Shown here piece by piece: positions 47,001-62,000 of a stretch of DNA of 64,000 bases. Below the pieces are notes generated by a model, which was not told the origin of the DNA, ran no database searches, and saw nothing but the letters and a program-made list of their open reading frames with translations. The translations under genes were made by a program, and so were the position numbers. This stretch comes from Mytilus californianus (Eukaryota), in the NCBI RefSeq assembly GCF_021869535.1, contig NW_026262637.1, positions 30,566,001 through 30,630,000 of the forward strand, read 5' to 3'. Every line of letters starts with the position of its first letter. Position 1 is the stretch's first letter.

Positions 47001-50000
47001 TTCCAGAAACACATGATTTACTAATGATTTAAAAATTGCAGATTTAGTTTCATAAGCCTATTACCAATGTTTTTTTTTTCAGATTTGGACCAGTACAGGG
47101 TAGGCCTGGGATAAGAACCACTATAGCAGAGAAGTTTGTAGAGATATTTAACTGGTATGAAACTGATCTGGAGGAGGTTCAAAGAATTTATGAAACACAC
47201 AAGGTAAAGTTTATATACTTATAGAATAAGAATAAGAATTTTATTATTCTAATCAAGAACCCATAAAGGGCATCATTTTACAACAACAATATATGCACAA
47301 TATGATTGGAAAAAAAAACATAAACAAAAAATAAGAACCTATTATATCATGTTAACTTATGCAGTATAGGTTACAATGATGGAGTGAAAGAAATAAATTT
47401 ATTATAAGCATCTGAACCATTTTTAGAATATCTCCACTATTTATTCACTCTGTAGAAAAAATGACATCACTCTAATTTTTAAAATACTGAAATTACCCAT
47501 AGTAAATAAATTACTGAACTTATGATTTATTATAATTTTGTTCAGGAAAGTCCACAGATGGTAAGGAATGCTCCACCAGCAGCTGGAGCTATCCACTGGT
47601 CCCGTCAACTTTTGAAGAGAATTGAGGATCCAATGAAAGTGTTCCGTGATAACAGAGCAATCAATCAATTAGGAGACTTTAGTAGAATAGTCAAAATATA
47701 CAACAGACTTGCAACTGCTTTAGTGACATTTGAAAGTTTATGGTTTGCTCAGTGGAAGAACAGAATTGAACATGCCAAGGCAGGACTTAGGGCTACATTG
47801 TTTATAAATCATCCAAACACAGGAGAAATCCTTGTTAATACTGATGAAAGGTAGGTAAAAGTACATGAGAAAAGAAAAATCCTTGCCAATAATAACAGGG
47901 GTTTTCTATAGTAAGTTGTACTTCAAAAGTTACAAGAGTCATTTAGAAGTTTGTCTTTTGTTAACACAATCAAATTTGCAAGTGTATTCCAGGATCTCTG
48001 CATAAGTTATCTACCATGTAGCCAACATTGTAACAGAATAAATCTTGAATTGTCTAAAAAAAAAAAATTCTTGTATTTTCACCTGAAAAATGTATATGTT
48101 GAAGATTTATAAAAGAATAAGTCTGTGTATCCCAGTATGTTATAAGCTATTAATAGATTTGATTATTAAATATTTTTCAGAGTACTGGAGCTGATCCATG
48201 AGGCTAAATGGTTAACAAGACTAGGTATTCAGATTCCAGACTCAGCTACTGCCATTATGCAGCAAGAGTCACGCTTCAAAAGTTACAAAAGTCATTTAGA
48301 ACTAGTTTTACATGAATACAAGGAAACATGCAAGTGTATTCCTGAATCTCTCCAGAATTTATTCACTCCACATACTAAGTATGTAGAGGAGCAGTTACAA
48401 CCTGGACTGACAACTCTAGCGTGGAATAGCATGAATATAGGTAAATTTACCTTTATTCTTTGGACATATATTTTACAAACTGAATGTATAAAAATTTCTA
48501 AATAAAAAAATATTATCATAATTAGTTACTGATGAATTTGAACTTTTCTGATATCCTGACTAGTTCATAACAGGAGATAACATTGCATCATGTTAGTGTT
48601 GTGCATATTTTGGAATTACTCTTACACTTTTTTTTTATAGTATCTTGTAGTCGAAATAATTTTATAAGGGACATATATTATCGAAAAGAACAGCTAGTGC
48701 ATCAGTTGTGTTACCATTCAATGTTTTCAATACTAGGAATTTTCTCATAGAATGTGTCATAAGTATTAAATATGTTTACAAAAGACTGAATACATACACT
48801 TATGTTTAAATTTCTGTATTGTTATCTATTTTCAGATGCATTTTTACATCAGATCCATTCTGCTACAAACCGATTGAAGGAGAGAAGTACAAAAGTTCAG
48901 GACATAATGGAGAATGATGTTGCTGGATCACTAGAAGCTATCAAGAATTTCTATCTGTTTGATTATGAGGAAGCTATCACCAGACCATGGGTAAGTCTAT
49001 CTTATTTTTAACTTGACTTTGATATTAAGGTCTGAATGGCTACTGTCAATAATATTTCTATTGAATTAGGGCTTTTTCTATAAATAATTGCAAATTTTGT
49101 GGACCAGCCTTTTTCACAAATGCACTTGTTGAGATTCTATTATTCCTTAAGATATCTTGGCTTTCGGTAAAATTTTATTACTTCTTTTAGATATCTTGAT
49201 TTTAACTAATATTTGAACTATATATTTGGAATTGTTAAAAGTTATTATTTTCTATTATTGTCTATCTCTTAAGATCTATTATTTAGACATCATCTTGTAG
49301 GAGAAGAAAAAAAAACAACTCAAGAACTGAAGTTAAAAATTGTTTCTTCATTTGGTTACAAGAGATAATTTGTACAGAATATTAGGTCTACAATAATTTC
49401 AAGGAACAGGACTTCATATCATATTTGAATAATGATACAATAAATGATCATTGGATGTTTTATTTGTTATAGCCACCACATGAGTTTAGAGATGTAATGT
49501 TAGACAGAGTACAAGAGAAAGTGGAAGAACTACAGAAGCTGGTACAGAGAGTAATGAATGGTTTACTGGCTGTGGCTAATCTACTGGCTACTAGAAAGGT
49601 AGGAATCAGCACTTTTTCCTGTAGTATTGTTTCCACAAGTTTTTGTTGATATATAACACCCATTCATAGCATAAAATATACTCCTTTGTCCAATATTTTG
49701 TTGCATTTACATTAAAGCACATGTCTAATTTCAGTTACCAGCGTTAACACAAAATTTTACATTTTACAGGAATACATATATTCAGCTTCAAAAGGCTTTA
49801 TTTCCATGAAAAATGTATCAGATAAAGCCAAGCTTCAGAAACGTCATAGTGTAGCACATAAGACCTTGTCAGAAATGGTGGGATCATTTTTACTGAAATA
49901 TATCACATATATACACAGTTTTAGTCAAATATATCATCAGTTAGTGTATATATACTTCTCTGTACCTGTAACGCCTCTTTTTAGTTACTAACAATTTGTC

Positions 50001-53000
50001 AATAAATGAATACAAAGTAAATGGCTCTGATAAAATCCTGGACATAGTCTCAATCAAAACTATGTTTGGGACCCCCCTTAAAAATAACCCTGATCGATCC
50101 TTTTATGAAAAAGTTTAAGAGACTTTACATGATATTCATATTTCAGGACCCTGCACTAAGAATAGGACCAAACAAGAGGAAAATTAAATTATGATATTAC
50201 CAAAAAAAAAATCTGGAATTTTTCTTAGTTTAGTTATCTTTGTATGGTTCACATGACATAAAATTTTCAAGATTTCACGTTAAAATCTGTTTCATTAGCA
50301 AAGGACAGATCTATGTCAAAATTAATTGCTCACATCACAGATTATTTTTTTTTTAACAAACCTTATATTCTGTAACATATTTCTTTGTTTTCTGTGTAGC
50401 TGTTCATTTTGAAGGAAAGTCAATGTCATGCACATGTGAGTGTCAAAATTAGTCTGGGCTTAAAACTGAAAGTCAAATAAAATAACATTTTCTACTGAAA
50501 CATACTTATTTCATACAAATTTTTAAGACTTTACTAAATAGTTTAAACTTGGGCATAGAAATAATGATTAACATTCTAGATAGAAATTTTCTGATTTAAA
50601 ATATTAAATTTCAAAAATTGTACCTGGTGTCAACATTAGATTACTAATATCTATACAATATTATAGCATTAAATCAAATTTTGCAGGTGAGACATTTCTA
50701 TGTGTCCACTGGTGTCTTAATGGGTATACTGTATTGAATCATTGTAGATTAGACAATTTCTTTTATAATATTTTAGAATATTCATATTTTTAACATTTTA
50801 TACAGTTGCATGGTGATATGTACTGTTTTTTTTTCTTTGATTTAAGATAAATATAGTGTTGAAAAGTAATTTCTGCATTGTATAAGATAAAATGAAATAA
50901 TACATTCTTCTTTCATCATAACTGACTTTATGGGACGTTATATTGGAGAAAAAACTAGATATTTTTTTTATCCAAGTAAAAATATTGATATGGTTGTTCT
51001 GTCCTCATAACAGCAATATTTATTTACATAGATTGTTATCAGCTGAAATTAATTTATCAATTTCATTTGCATGTTTTAAAGTCAGTTACAGAATTTTTAA
51101 TCTACTTAGACAGCTGCTACATAGTGCAAAAATATGACTTATCAAATGTATCATATTTAAATATACAATAAGTGGTACTGTTAAAAAATAAGTTGTTACT
51201 GTAAATCAATCTGATTTATCTCCCTTGTAGTTGGAACATCATAACCCAAAGGCAAAGAAACTAGCATTAATGGTAGATGACAGTGAAGCCATGAAAGAAA
51301 GACAGAGAGCTGCAGAGGAAGAGAAATACATTTCTAATCTTATATGTATGTTGTAATATTATTGATAGGTTACAGGCTTAACATGTAATTTATTGATGAC
51401 ATAATTTTTTTGACCATGGAATAGCTTAGTAAAGCAGACTATATATATGTACAGGTTTGTCAATTTGATTGTCTTTTAGAATTGTACAAATTGATTTGTT
51501 TCATTTCTTTTATGATAATATATTCCTTCATAGAATTATTTGTGTATACCCATGCTTGTTTTTCATAATAAATAAAAAAAAATGAAGGTCATTAAAGTCA
51601 TGTAACTCAAACTTTTACTTTGACATCGTAATTATTTTCAAAATCAATCAAATAAACGCAGTTTCTGTTAAGACCCATAGATATCATTAAGCAATAATTT
51701 TAATTTGCTATATATTTAAGCCTTTTACAAAGAGCAAGTGTATGAAGCTGTACTCACTGCCACTAAGAGATCTCTGTCAGCTTTAGTGGATTCTACAAGT
51801 TGTTCAGAAGAAGAACTAAGAGCTGCCAGTGTATTGTCTAATCCTACATACTCACCGAATACTAGTCCTCGTCGTACCAGTAGAGCAGCTTCTGCTATGA
51901 GCAGGGTGTCATCTGCTATGACAGAAAGACCGAATACCAGTATGTCAGCATTATCCAATATGACCTGGACTACAGAGAAAACAAATGATCTAACCTATCT
52001 GCAGTAAGTACATTATTTTTGTAGCAGTGGAATTAATGTAAGTTATTGTAACATATAGTAGCTTTTTTGTATTGCATGGTATTGTCGCTCTAAAAATAAT
52101 CCTAAACCAAAGTTTATGATTGACAGCCCTCTGACATGTGTTTTGAACTCACCATGTTTTTCAAGTTCCGGACTGATGTTTTGTGCCTTTTGATATAGAT
52201 GACCAAGATAACATTATAAACAATGACATATGTATAAAAAAAATCTGTGCTATCAATGGTTGACAATGTCTGTTTTAGTAAATTAATGCTACTTTCAATA
52301 TCATGTGCTATAAATTACTACACATCAGCAACAATGAAACAGCTTTCTATCAATTATAATTCCAACATTTTGCTGTGTAACAGGTAATTTTGCCTTAATA
52401 AAACAGAATTTTAAAACACTTGTCTTTTCAGGTTTGAGATAGAAGTTGGTTTTAATATTCCAGTAATAGCAGTACAACCAACACTAGACACTGCACAGAC
52501 AGCCATTAATGATGTGGCCTCAGCTGTAGTAGAATCATGTAGAGGTAACCTATTATAATGAAGCTTGTCACTTAAACCAGACATCAACATTCTGTTTGTA
52601 TTATAACCATGATTGTCACACACCACTGGAAGAATTCTCATAGTTACTGAAAAGAGGTAAAGGTGGTTCACCTGTAGGTATGAAGATGTGTAGAATAAAT
52701 CTTTATGGAAAGTTGTCTCATTTGCAGTCCTATCACATCTTCTTTAAAAAAAATTTGACATTTGCAAGTCTCCTCTTGATCATCAACAATAAACAGGTGC
52801 CCATATATTATATGTAAACCGGAAGAATAACATCTGTGTATTATAATACACATAATGCCATTTATAAATTCTTAAAAAGGTACACATTGATAATTTTAAT
52901 ATTCTATTATAGATGTAACTTGGGTAGAGAAAGACAGAGTTTATGACTTCCATGACAGAATTACTTCAGATGCAGAAGTAAATCAAATGTTGACACAGCT

Positions 53001-56000
53001 CACACATATAGTACATGGTAAGTAAAAGGAGTTAGAAATAAATAAAATGTTTACACAGATCACACATATGGTAGAATGTTGTTAAAAGGAACCAGAATTA
53101 AATCAAATGTTGACACAGCTAACACATATATGTAGAAGGTAGGTAAAAGAACCAGAATTAAATCAATTTTTGACACACATGACACATCTCATAGAAGAAG
53201 TTCAATTTATTACTTAAGTTTCACCTAATTTCATTAAAATTGAGGTAAATGATTAAATAGAATAATCATTTAATTTAATTCATTAAATTTAATTTCAATT
53301 AAACTAAGAAATCCTAATATAATTATAGATCATATAAGAATTTATTTCTTTACAGATGTAGAACCAGTGATCAACAAACATATCTTCCACTTTAGTTACT
53401 ATGATTTTCTCTGGAAAGATGATTTACATGGCAACTTCAAGGAGTTCATGCAATCAGACCCTGGCATGTTTGCCATTAAAAGAGAGGTAGAGAGATACCT
53501 GTACATAGAAAAGAAGGTTCTCGCTATACCTGAAATCCTTCCTGTTGGTCCTATTTGTCTGAAAACAGACCCCATTAAAGATGCCTTACATGGATTTGCC
53601 ATGCAATGGAAGAGTCATTTTGCTTCTGTTTTACATGAAGAAGCCAAGAAAAAACTAGATAGTGCTGTATTGTACAGGTCTAATGTACGTAATAGACTAG
53701 AGTTAGATGTGATTACACTGGACCAATTAAATAGTGCCTTACATTTACTGGAAGAACTCAGAGATATGGAAAACAAAATAGATGGAATTTATTTGCCTAT
53801 AGAAACTATGTATGCCAAACTAAGGTAAGTTACAATTTGTGTATCCTTTAACATCTAAATAACTGTGTACTTACATAAAAGTTTACTATTAGAGTTATTA
53901 ATCACTGTATTGGTCAGTCATACTATTAGTTTTGGGATATTTAACTGTTTTTTTCTGAAGGTTTCAGATTAACAATGTCTCACTTGATTTTCCCAGATTA
54001 AATTCTGAAGGTTTTCTTATTGTTTTACTGGAGAGAACACATATGTAGAGACCGAATTTCTCTGGACTTTTGCTCAAGTTCTAAAAATTTACTTCAAAAG
54101 AGTACATAGTACTAACTATTATTACAGAGAATTTGAGCTGAGGTTACCTCGTAATGAGGTTGAGGAGGTAGATCAGTTACGGGACAAGTGGCAAGAATTG
54201 ATGGAATTAGCAGAGGAAGTACGACATAAATTGTTGATAGAGAAGAGAGGAACATTTGAACAAGAACTGGATAAACAAGTCAAGGTAAATTCAATATATC
54301 CTGCATCATAATAAGGACTCGGAACATAAATGTCTTCTTTCATTATTGAAGACTTGTTATAAGTTGCTGTACTGAGTACATTGATTGATGTTTGCTTTAT
54401 GTTGTAGCATTTTTTTTTCTTTTTTATTGAAACCGATTTGAAGGTATTTATGTTTCTGATTTTATTGTCGTTCACATTTCTCAATTTGTTATAAGGCAGC
54501 CGTGTAAGATCTTGGACATGAAAATAACTATTTTACAGTGAAACTTTCATAAGCATTATCAAATAAATTGAATATTGAAACATGTAATTGAAAATAATAT
54601 TCCTAGCATTATTGGAGAGTAGCAGTTATGGTTTTATTCACAACATGTCTAGCCTTGTGGCGATTTAGTATGTTCATATTGTATGGACCCTTGTCTGTAG
54701 TTGAAGATTAATAATAACCTTTAGTTTTATTTTTGGTTGTTGTCTAGTAACTGTCTCATTGAATATACCCAAAAATTGCTTTGATTCTTATTTATGAAAT
54801 ATTTTAATTATTTATTTTCAGTCTTTCAATGTAGAAGTGTTACGGTTCAGAAATGACTTTGATGGACAAGGTCCGATGGTTCCAGGAATACCCCCATCAG
54901 AGGCTGTTTCTCGTCTTGATTTCTTCCAACAGAGTTATGTATTATTTGACCTGAAGAGAAAGACTCTGGACTCTGTGTCTAAACTATTTGGTATTATATG
55001 TAAACCTTTTATTGAACTTGATAAGACAGGAGAAGAATTACATCTGTTGAACCAGTTATATGGACTGTTTCAGAAGTTCATTAGATTTGACAATAGGTTT
55101 AAAGATACATTATGGGCTGATGTGGATCTGGAAGCTGCTCATATTGAGGTAAGAATATAGTATGAAGTTTATTAGTTTTACTTAGTTTTAATATGAATTA
55201 GTATTTTCTTGAAGCTGCTAATATGAAGGCGCTACTATACAGTTTTACTCAAAGGTTTTTAAACAAGGTTTTTAAACTAAAATTAAATTAATTATTAGGA
55301 AAATTGTTTCATTGTGCACAATGTAGCCATGGGGTTTCGTTCTAACCCCCATGAAAACAAAAAATACAATAAAAGACTTAAAGTTGAGCTTCAGATTGAA
55401 GTTTGACTATTAAATTTATAGCATCATGACTTCTAATATCCCTCCTCAGAGACATCCTGGCTACAGGCCTGCTATGATGTCAAATAAAAATTGTATGTTT
55501 TAGGTGGAAGGATACTGGGATGAATGTCTGGCTTTACCCAGTAAACTGAAGGATAAAGATGCCTATAATGACCTGAAGACATCTCTACAGACTTACTTAG
55601 AAGTATTCCCTCTTCTCAAGGCACTTAATTCTAAGGTAAAATAAATAAATCATCATTTGTTCATCAAACATACATACATTTCAAATGTTTACACATTGTG
55701 AAAAGTGTCACATAATACATCTTAACATATTCACTTTTTTAATTTGCCAGTTCTGAATTTAATACAGAAATGATTATTAATACATTTTATGGTAAATGAA
55801 ATAACATAGACTTCATATGCACACACATTTTGCAGTTGTGATAGTTTTTGCTTATACCACTATATTTATATGCACCATCTTAAAATATGTGTACCTTAAA
55901 CAGAGAGATGAGAAATATGATATAGCTGTAAGTATGGGTGTGTTTGATTGGTTTGTTGTAACTATGGGTCTACTTGATTTTTGATCTTCAATTGCTTCAA

Positions 56001-59000
56001 ACAGTTCTAAAATTATCTGCTTCATTATCATAAAATGATTAGTATGTGAAAGGGGAAGAGAGTGATGCATTTTGACAAATAGGAGGAATACAAAAAAACA
56101 GAAGGATAAGTAAAGAAGTCTACAGGCAACTACGTTCATGATTATTTAGGACAAGCAGCAATAAAAAAGAATTGAATGGAAGACTAGCAGAGGTGCACAA
56201 AAAATTTAGACATTCATCATACACTGATATTTCAATTTGAAACTTAACATGGAATTGACCAATGAATCATAACTAAAAATGTTTCATCGATGTTAAAACA
56301 TGATATTGTAATTATCGTCTGCTTAATATACGTTTTACAAGTTAAGCTGAAAATTAAGAATGTTTTGTTTTGATTTATGTTGAAATAACAGATATTGTGG
56401 ACTTGTCAAGTTGTTTAAAAGTTCTGTGTAGAGTGTTTATGTTCAACTTACTTAGCTGTTAGAATCCTTAATCTTAATGTTTGCAGTGGTAGGATAAAAT
56501 GTAGGGATTTCTGTTACTAGTATTAAAACCACTACTATCTTGTACATATTATGGTTTTTTTTATCAAATACAAAATACTGAAAGTTAAGTAATGGAAAAT
56601 AGAATTTGACAACTTTTTGGTTGTTGTGATAAGTAATTTGATTCAACCAATTGTTGGAGGAATGAAAATTTATATTGTGTCCTTTGTGAAGTTACTATAT
56701 GATGTATCTTGATAATGAAAAAAAAACAACAATGGAATAATACAAAAGAACATTCTCATCATTTAACATGTATATCGAACTGAATGAAAAAATTATTTTG
56801 ACTCCCTGAAATTAGAATGTTGGATTGGATCCTTATTTGGGCCTCTTTACAATGGAATTATATTTTAATTTAAACGATATGCAATAATGTGAATTTAAGC
56901 AGTGTTCATAGATCCAATGAACAATTGTAAAAAAAACATTTTTGAATTCAAAATTTGAAGCATGTTGGGCTTATTTACTCCTTTTAATTGTTAGTTATAA
57001 ATTATGTTAGGTTAAACTATACTCAGGTCAAAATGTAATTTTGACTTATATGACATACTAGGGTTCGTAGTAAAGAACAGTTTTTTTTGTACTTTCAGGA
57101 AATAAGGAATCGTCATTGGTCCAGAGTTATGTTTGTCACACACAGTTCATTCCCATTAGAAGCCAATGTTTTCAAATTAAAACATCTTTTAGAGATAGAA
57201 TTAATCAAGTAAGTTTTGAAAATTAAGAGGTTTATTTTTATGTATTTGGGGTGTAAAGTATTAACCATCCTACAATTATAAGCCTGGTATCTTTGATTTA
57301 AGTGGAAGCACTTCATACTAAATTGTACGCACTTTTACAACTCAATAAAATTGCAAAAAGAAGCATTCAATTCTTATAATTACATTTATATGCTACAACT
57401 ATGCCATAAAGTGTAGTCATGAATGTTGAATTTTATTGAGAAATACAATTTGATTTTGGAATGTATCGTGATTGCTTTCAGCCAATCAATAGTACAGATT
57501 CTTATGAAATAACATGTAATTAAGAGTTGATTCATTCTGAAAATGTACATTCAGTTAAGAAACTTGTGTGTTAATGCAAACACAAAACATCCTCTATGAA
57601 TAAATGGAGATGTAAGGTATATGCCAAGCAGACGGCAACCCTACAACTTGAAAAAAAAACAAACATATCTAGAGATCAGTTTATGCTGTAATTGCATCTC
57701 ATGTTTTGGAAACAGAAAAATTATGAATTAAAATGAATATTTTTCTTACAATATCTCACCTGTGATTGAAGGAAAATCTGTAACTTTTTTTTCATCATCC
57801 CCATTGGCATTGTCTTCCTCTTAGGATAAGAATAAATACAATAAGATATAGCATGAAATCAATATAATTAATGATGTCTTTGAATATTTTGTTTGTTATA
57901 ATATGATTTGATTGAAATTTTCCAGACACAAAACAGAAATAGAAGAAATCTGTCATGGTGCAGCCAGAGAATTGGAATTAGAGATCAAAATGAAAGTAAC
58001 AGAGGAAGAATGGACCGAACAAGTGTTAGCATTTGAACATTACAAGAAACGTGGACCCATGTACTTAGACAAAGCCTTTACTGAGAGACTATTAGAACAG
58101 TTAGAAGACTCTCAGGCTTTACTAGCTAACATGTTAACATCTAAATATATAGCTCCACTGAGAACAGAAACAGCATCTCTGGCAGTCAAACTAAAGGAAG
58201 TGGCTGAAGTCTTAGAATTGTGGTTAGAAGTACAAGATTTATGGCAGTATTTGGAAGCTGTCTTCACCAATGTTGCTGCTGCCAGGGTTTGTTTACTTTA
58301 TTGATGAATTAAATACCTGTTTTGATTAGTATGAATGTTTACATCAATACCTCTATAACTTGATTAAAGTAAAATTCTTTACATGTTATGGTAAAATATC
58401 ACAAGAAAAAAAATCTATGTACATCTTGTTGTCTTTGGATGTGATGTTAAAGTAGCATTTAGTAATTTAGACAATAAGTTCAATCCATACTATTAGTAAA
58501 TCTTTACTGCTTTACAGAAATTAACAAATATTTGTGATTTTTTTCTTGAATTTCATAAGGTTTGCCTTATTTTGTTGCACGTTATGGTAAATTGGCTATT
58601 GTTGTAAGTTTTCATAAATTAAAATTTTCCATTATTTCAAATCAGAAATTGTGATGAAAAGGAAAAACTAATGAACTATTATAAATAAATCTAAATTGCA
58701 GTACATTGTTGACAAGCAGTGTTATAGACAGTTTTCTCTTTTTGTTTAGGAACTGCCTCAGGAAGCTAAAAGGTTTACCAGAGTAGATAAAACTTGGATG
58801 AAACTGATGAAGAAGGCATTTGATACAAGGAATGTTCTTCAGGTATGAATGATAAGTTGAACTCGGTTTAAATGTCTAAATTCTCTTCAAGTAACCTAGC
58901 TTAAACATAGATTTGTTAACCTGATCTGATGAAATAGTGTTACTAGGATGTTTTAAAACATTCAGGTCGTTGTCAACAGTTATTTAAGGATGCTTATACA

Positions 59001-62000
59001 AAAAAGATAAAACTAACATGAAATGTTTGTTAAATCAATGAGACAGCAACCTAACAACACAATTAACTAAAAAAGCATTTAGAGGTCATCATACAGTGTT
59101 CAAAAATAGACAGGCATCTATACAATATGTCAAGCTGTAAATCATTGCTAAGTAAAAAAAAAGTTGTGAATAGATTAGATTCACAATTGATAATAATTTT
59201 CAGTAGAAATACAGTAAAGAATTTTAGAAAGCCTGTAAAACACATTAGTAGATTTGTAAAAATTGTATTTTTTTACAGTGTTGCCATGGTGGAGGAGAAG
59301 GATCCAAGGTTCTCCATTATAAAATTATCTATGATGAATTAGAGATATGTTTTAAATCACTGATGGTATATCTAGACAACAAGAGGAGGGCATTCCCTAG
59401 ATTTTACTTTGTCTCTGATCCTATTCTATTGTCAATCCTCAGTCGTCCAGCAGACATGGAATCAGTCAGACCACACCTTAGGTAAGTTCATAATCCATCC
59501 AAATAATCAGAAGAGAGCTTTTCCTAGATGACATTATCTGATACTTGTCAAGCCAATATTCAGGCAATCAAACCTCATGTTAACTACTACTTGAGGCAAC
59601 TTAAATATTTTAAATATTAAATTAGAACTTCGTATTCAAGTTTTGAGTTGCATAGAAATGCACAATTGCTATAAATTCATGAAGGAATGTACTGATTTGT
59701 TAGAAAATTTAATTATATTTTGAAAATTTATGCATCTTCAACAGATCACTGTTCAGTTCAATATCAGATGTCAAATTAGAGGAAGCAAACCCACCTGAGG
59801 ATGAGCTTCCAACTGATGAAATAGGATTTGGCAAAGCAGCTGATGGACACAGGACCAGTGCAAGCTCTCGAGCTGGTGGTAAATCCATGTTGTCTCCTAG
59901 TCTTAGGAGCACCACACCACCAAAGATAGATAAGAGACTAACAGAACATTATGTAAGTTTGTTCATTTTTTAAAGAAATGAACAAGTAAAAGTAGAATGT
60001 TATTTCTGATTTCAAGGAGAAATGAAATGAGGACTTCATAGTGATTTTTTATATTGACATGTAGTATTAATGTTAAGGCTATTATTTTTATACTAATATA
60101 TAACAAAAAGACTTCTGTCTGTCATGCCTGAAGTAGGTTCTGTCTTAATTATGGTAGCAGAATAAAAGTATAATGGATTATATGAGCCTTAGTTGTCCTC
60201 ATTTCTTGTTCTCCTTTGTAGAAAACTTGACTTACTTTATAATGTTAGCAGTAAACTTGTTATTTTCTTCATCAAATGTTAGAAACAAAATAATTTTAGG
60301 ATGTGGCATTCTTTAGCTTTTTTGGACAATTTCGTCATGGTTTGTTTTTGTTGAATGAAAGAGCTTGTTTGTGATATTTGGCTAAAAAAGTCATTTTACC
60401 ATTACGGTTTTGAAAATTTATTGATAGTATTTTGCATTCTTCAAAGTAGAAGAAAGCTATTTGAATATTGTGAGAGATAAACAAAAATTCATTACTTTAT
60501 TTTAATAATGTTTATGATTAGAGCAAGGATGAAGTTTCGGCTCCAACCACATCAGAAACTAAGAAGGTATAGAGATGTTGTATTCAATTTTATTATTTTT
60601 TTGTTTACAGTTTGTATTGATGATATATGGAACTTTATGCACATGTGATAAAATGAATGTTTGTTGTCAAAAGGGTTTATGCTGGTTATACCAAAATTAT
60701 ACATGTGAATGTTGTATTTGAAAAAGCATGATTTCACAAAATTGCAGTCGTGATTCACACAGGTTTCAAGGTTGAAAATGAATTATTGCACAATTAAATG
60801 ATATTTTATTTTATTGTTTTCAGGGATTAAGGGTAGATAAACAGTGTTAAAATAACAAAATGCATGCACATGGTTTGATTGCTGTGTCAGAAAAAAGAAA
60901 GATTAGATGCTAGCACATTAATGAATTGGCCAAAACCTACAAAATTGTAACTTGTTTTTTGGCATTCTTTTAATGAATAACTTGATAATTATAGATCTTG
61001 TTTCATCCCTCTTTGAAGAGTTTTGGAGAGTACTATATCATAGTGTATTGATGTAAATTAAACAACAGGAGCTTTTCTTTTATGTTATTTCATAAAATTA
61101 TTACATGGTTTCACAATAACAAGAATATTCCTTTTATATTTTTAAAGGTCAGAGTACCGTCAGACCTCTGGAATCAATGCAACAATATCACAATATAAAA
61201 AAGATTAAAGGCACAAAAAACTTTGTAGATTGCATCCAGTCTTTATCAAAATTACTGCAATTCTTATGGCATGTGGGGAGGTCATAACCCCTTTTGAATT
61301 TCATTTTCAAGGTCATAGGATGTTATGGTAGACATAAGCTTTTTAGGAAAAAGAGCTTTAGATTTGCATCCATTTTACCTTCATTTTAGATGGTACAATG
61401 CTTAGTTAGTATGAACAAAAACTTGTTCAGTGCAAGAGGTCAAATTCTGGTCATAGTATACATAAGAGAAAAACAGGACAGTGAAATAGATGAGATTGCA
61501 AGAATGTATTTCCCTTTTGTGACTTGCAATATGTTTTTTTAAATATCAACCCATAATATTTTTCAAAGAGAAACTAATAAACTTGTATAATTAATATGTT
61601 CAGTTTTACAAGTAATATTCTTCAGCTTTTATACATACTTTTTTGTATTCTCTGCTTAAAATTTTGTTCTGAATTGATGTTTTGAATTGATGGCTTTTGC
61701 TTTTTTGCTAAATGAAAAAGCAATAATTAGCTGAAGGATCTGAAAATCAAATTGAGTTAGAAATGTTTCTATATTCTTAAAGTTACTTGATTAAAAGCTG
61801 CATTCACAATAAATATGGACCAAGAATACATTGAATGTAAATACAGTTTATATTAATGGTCTAGATAGTACACTGTTTAAAGAAATGGGTGCTTGATTGT
61901 TGAATGTTCAATGTCAAGTGAGAAATATTTCATGCATTTTTAGTAGAATTTAAAGGTTATGATGAGATTTGATGAATATTACAAGGAAAATAAGTACCAT

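Noticed and set aside
50147-50200. Possible dynein exon after TTTCAG (DPALRIGPNKRKIKL)
   Set aside because: No GT donor before the in-frame TGA.
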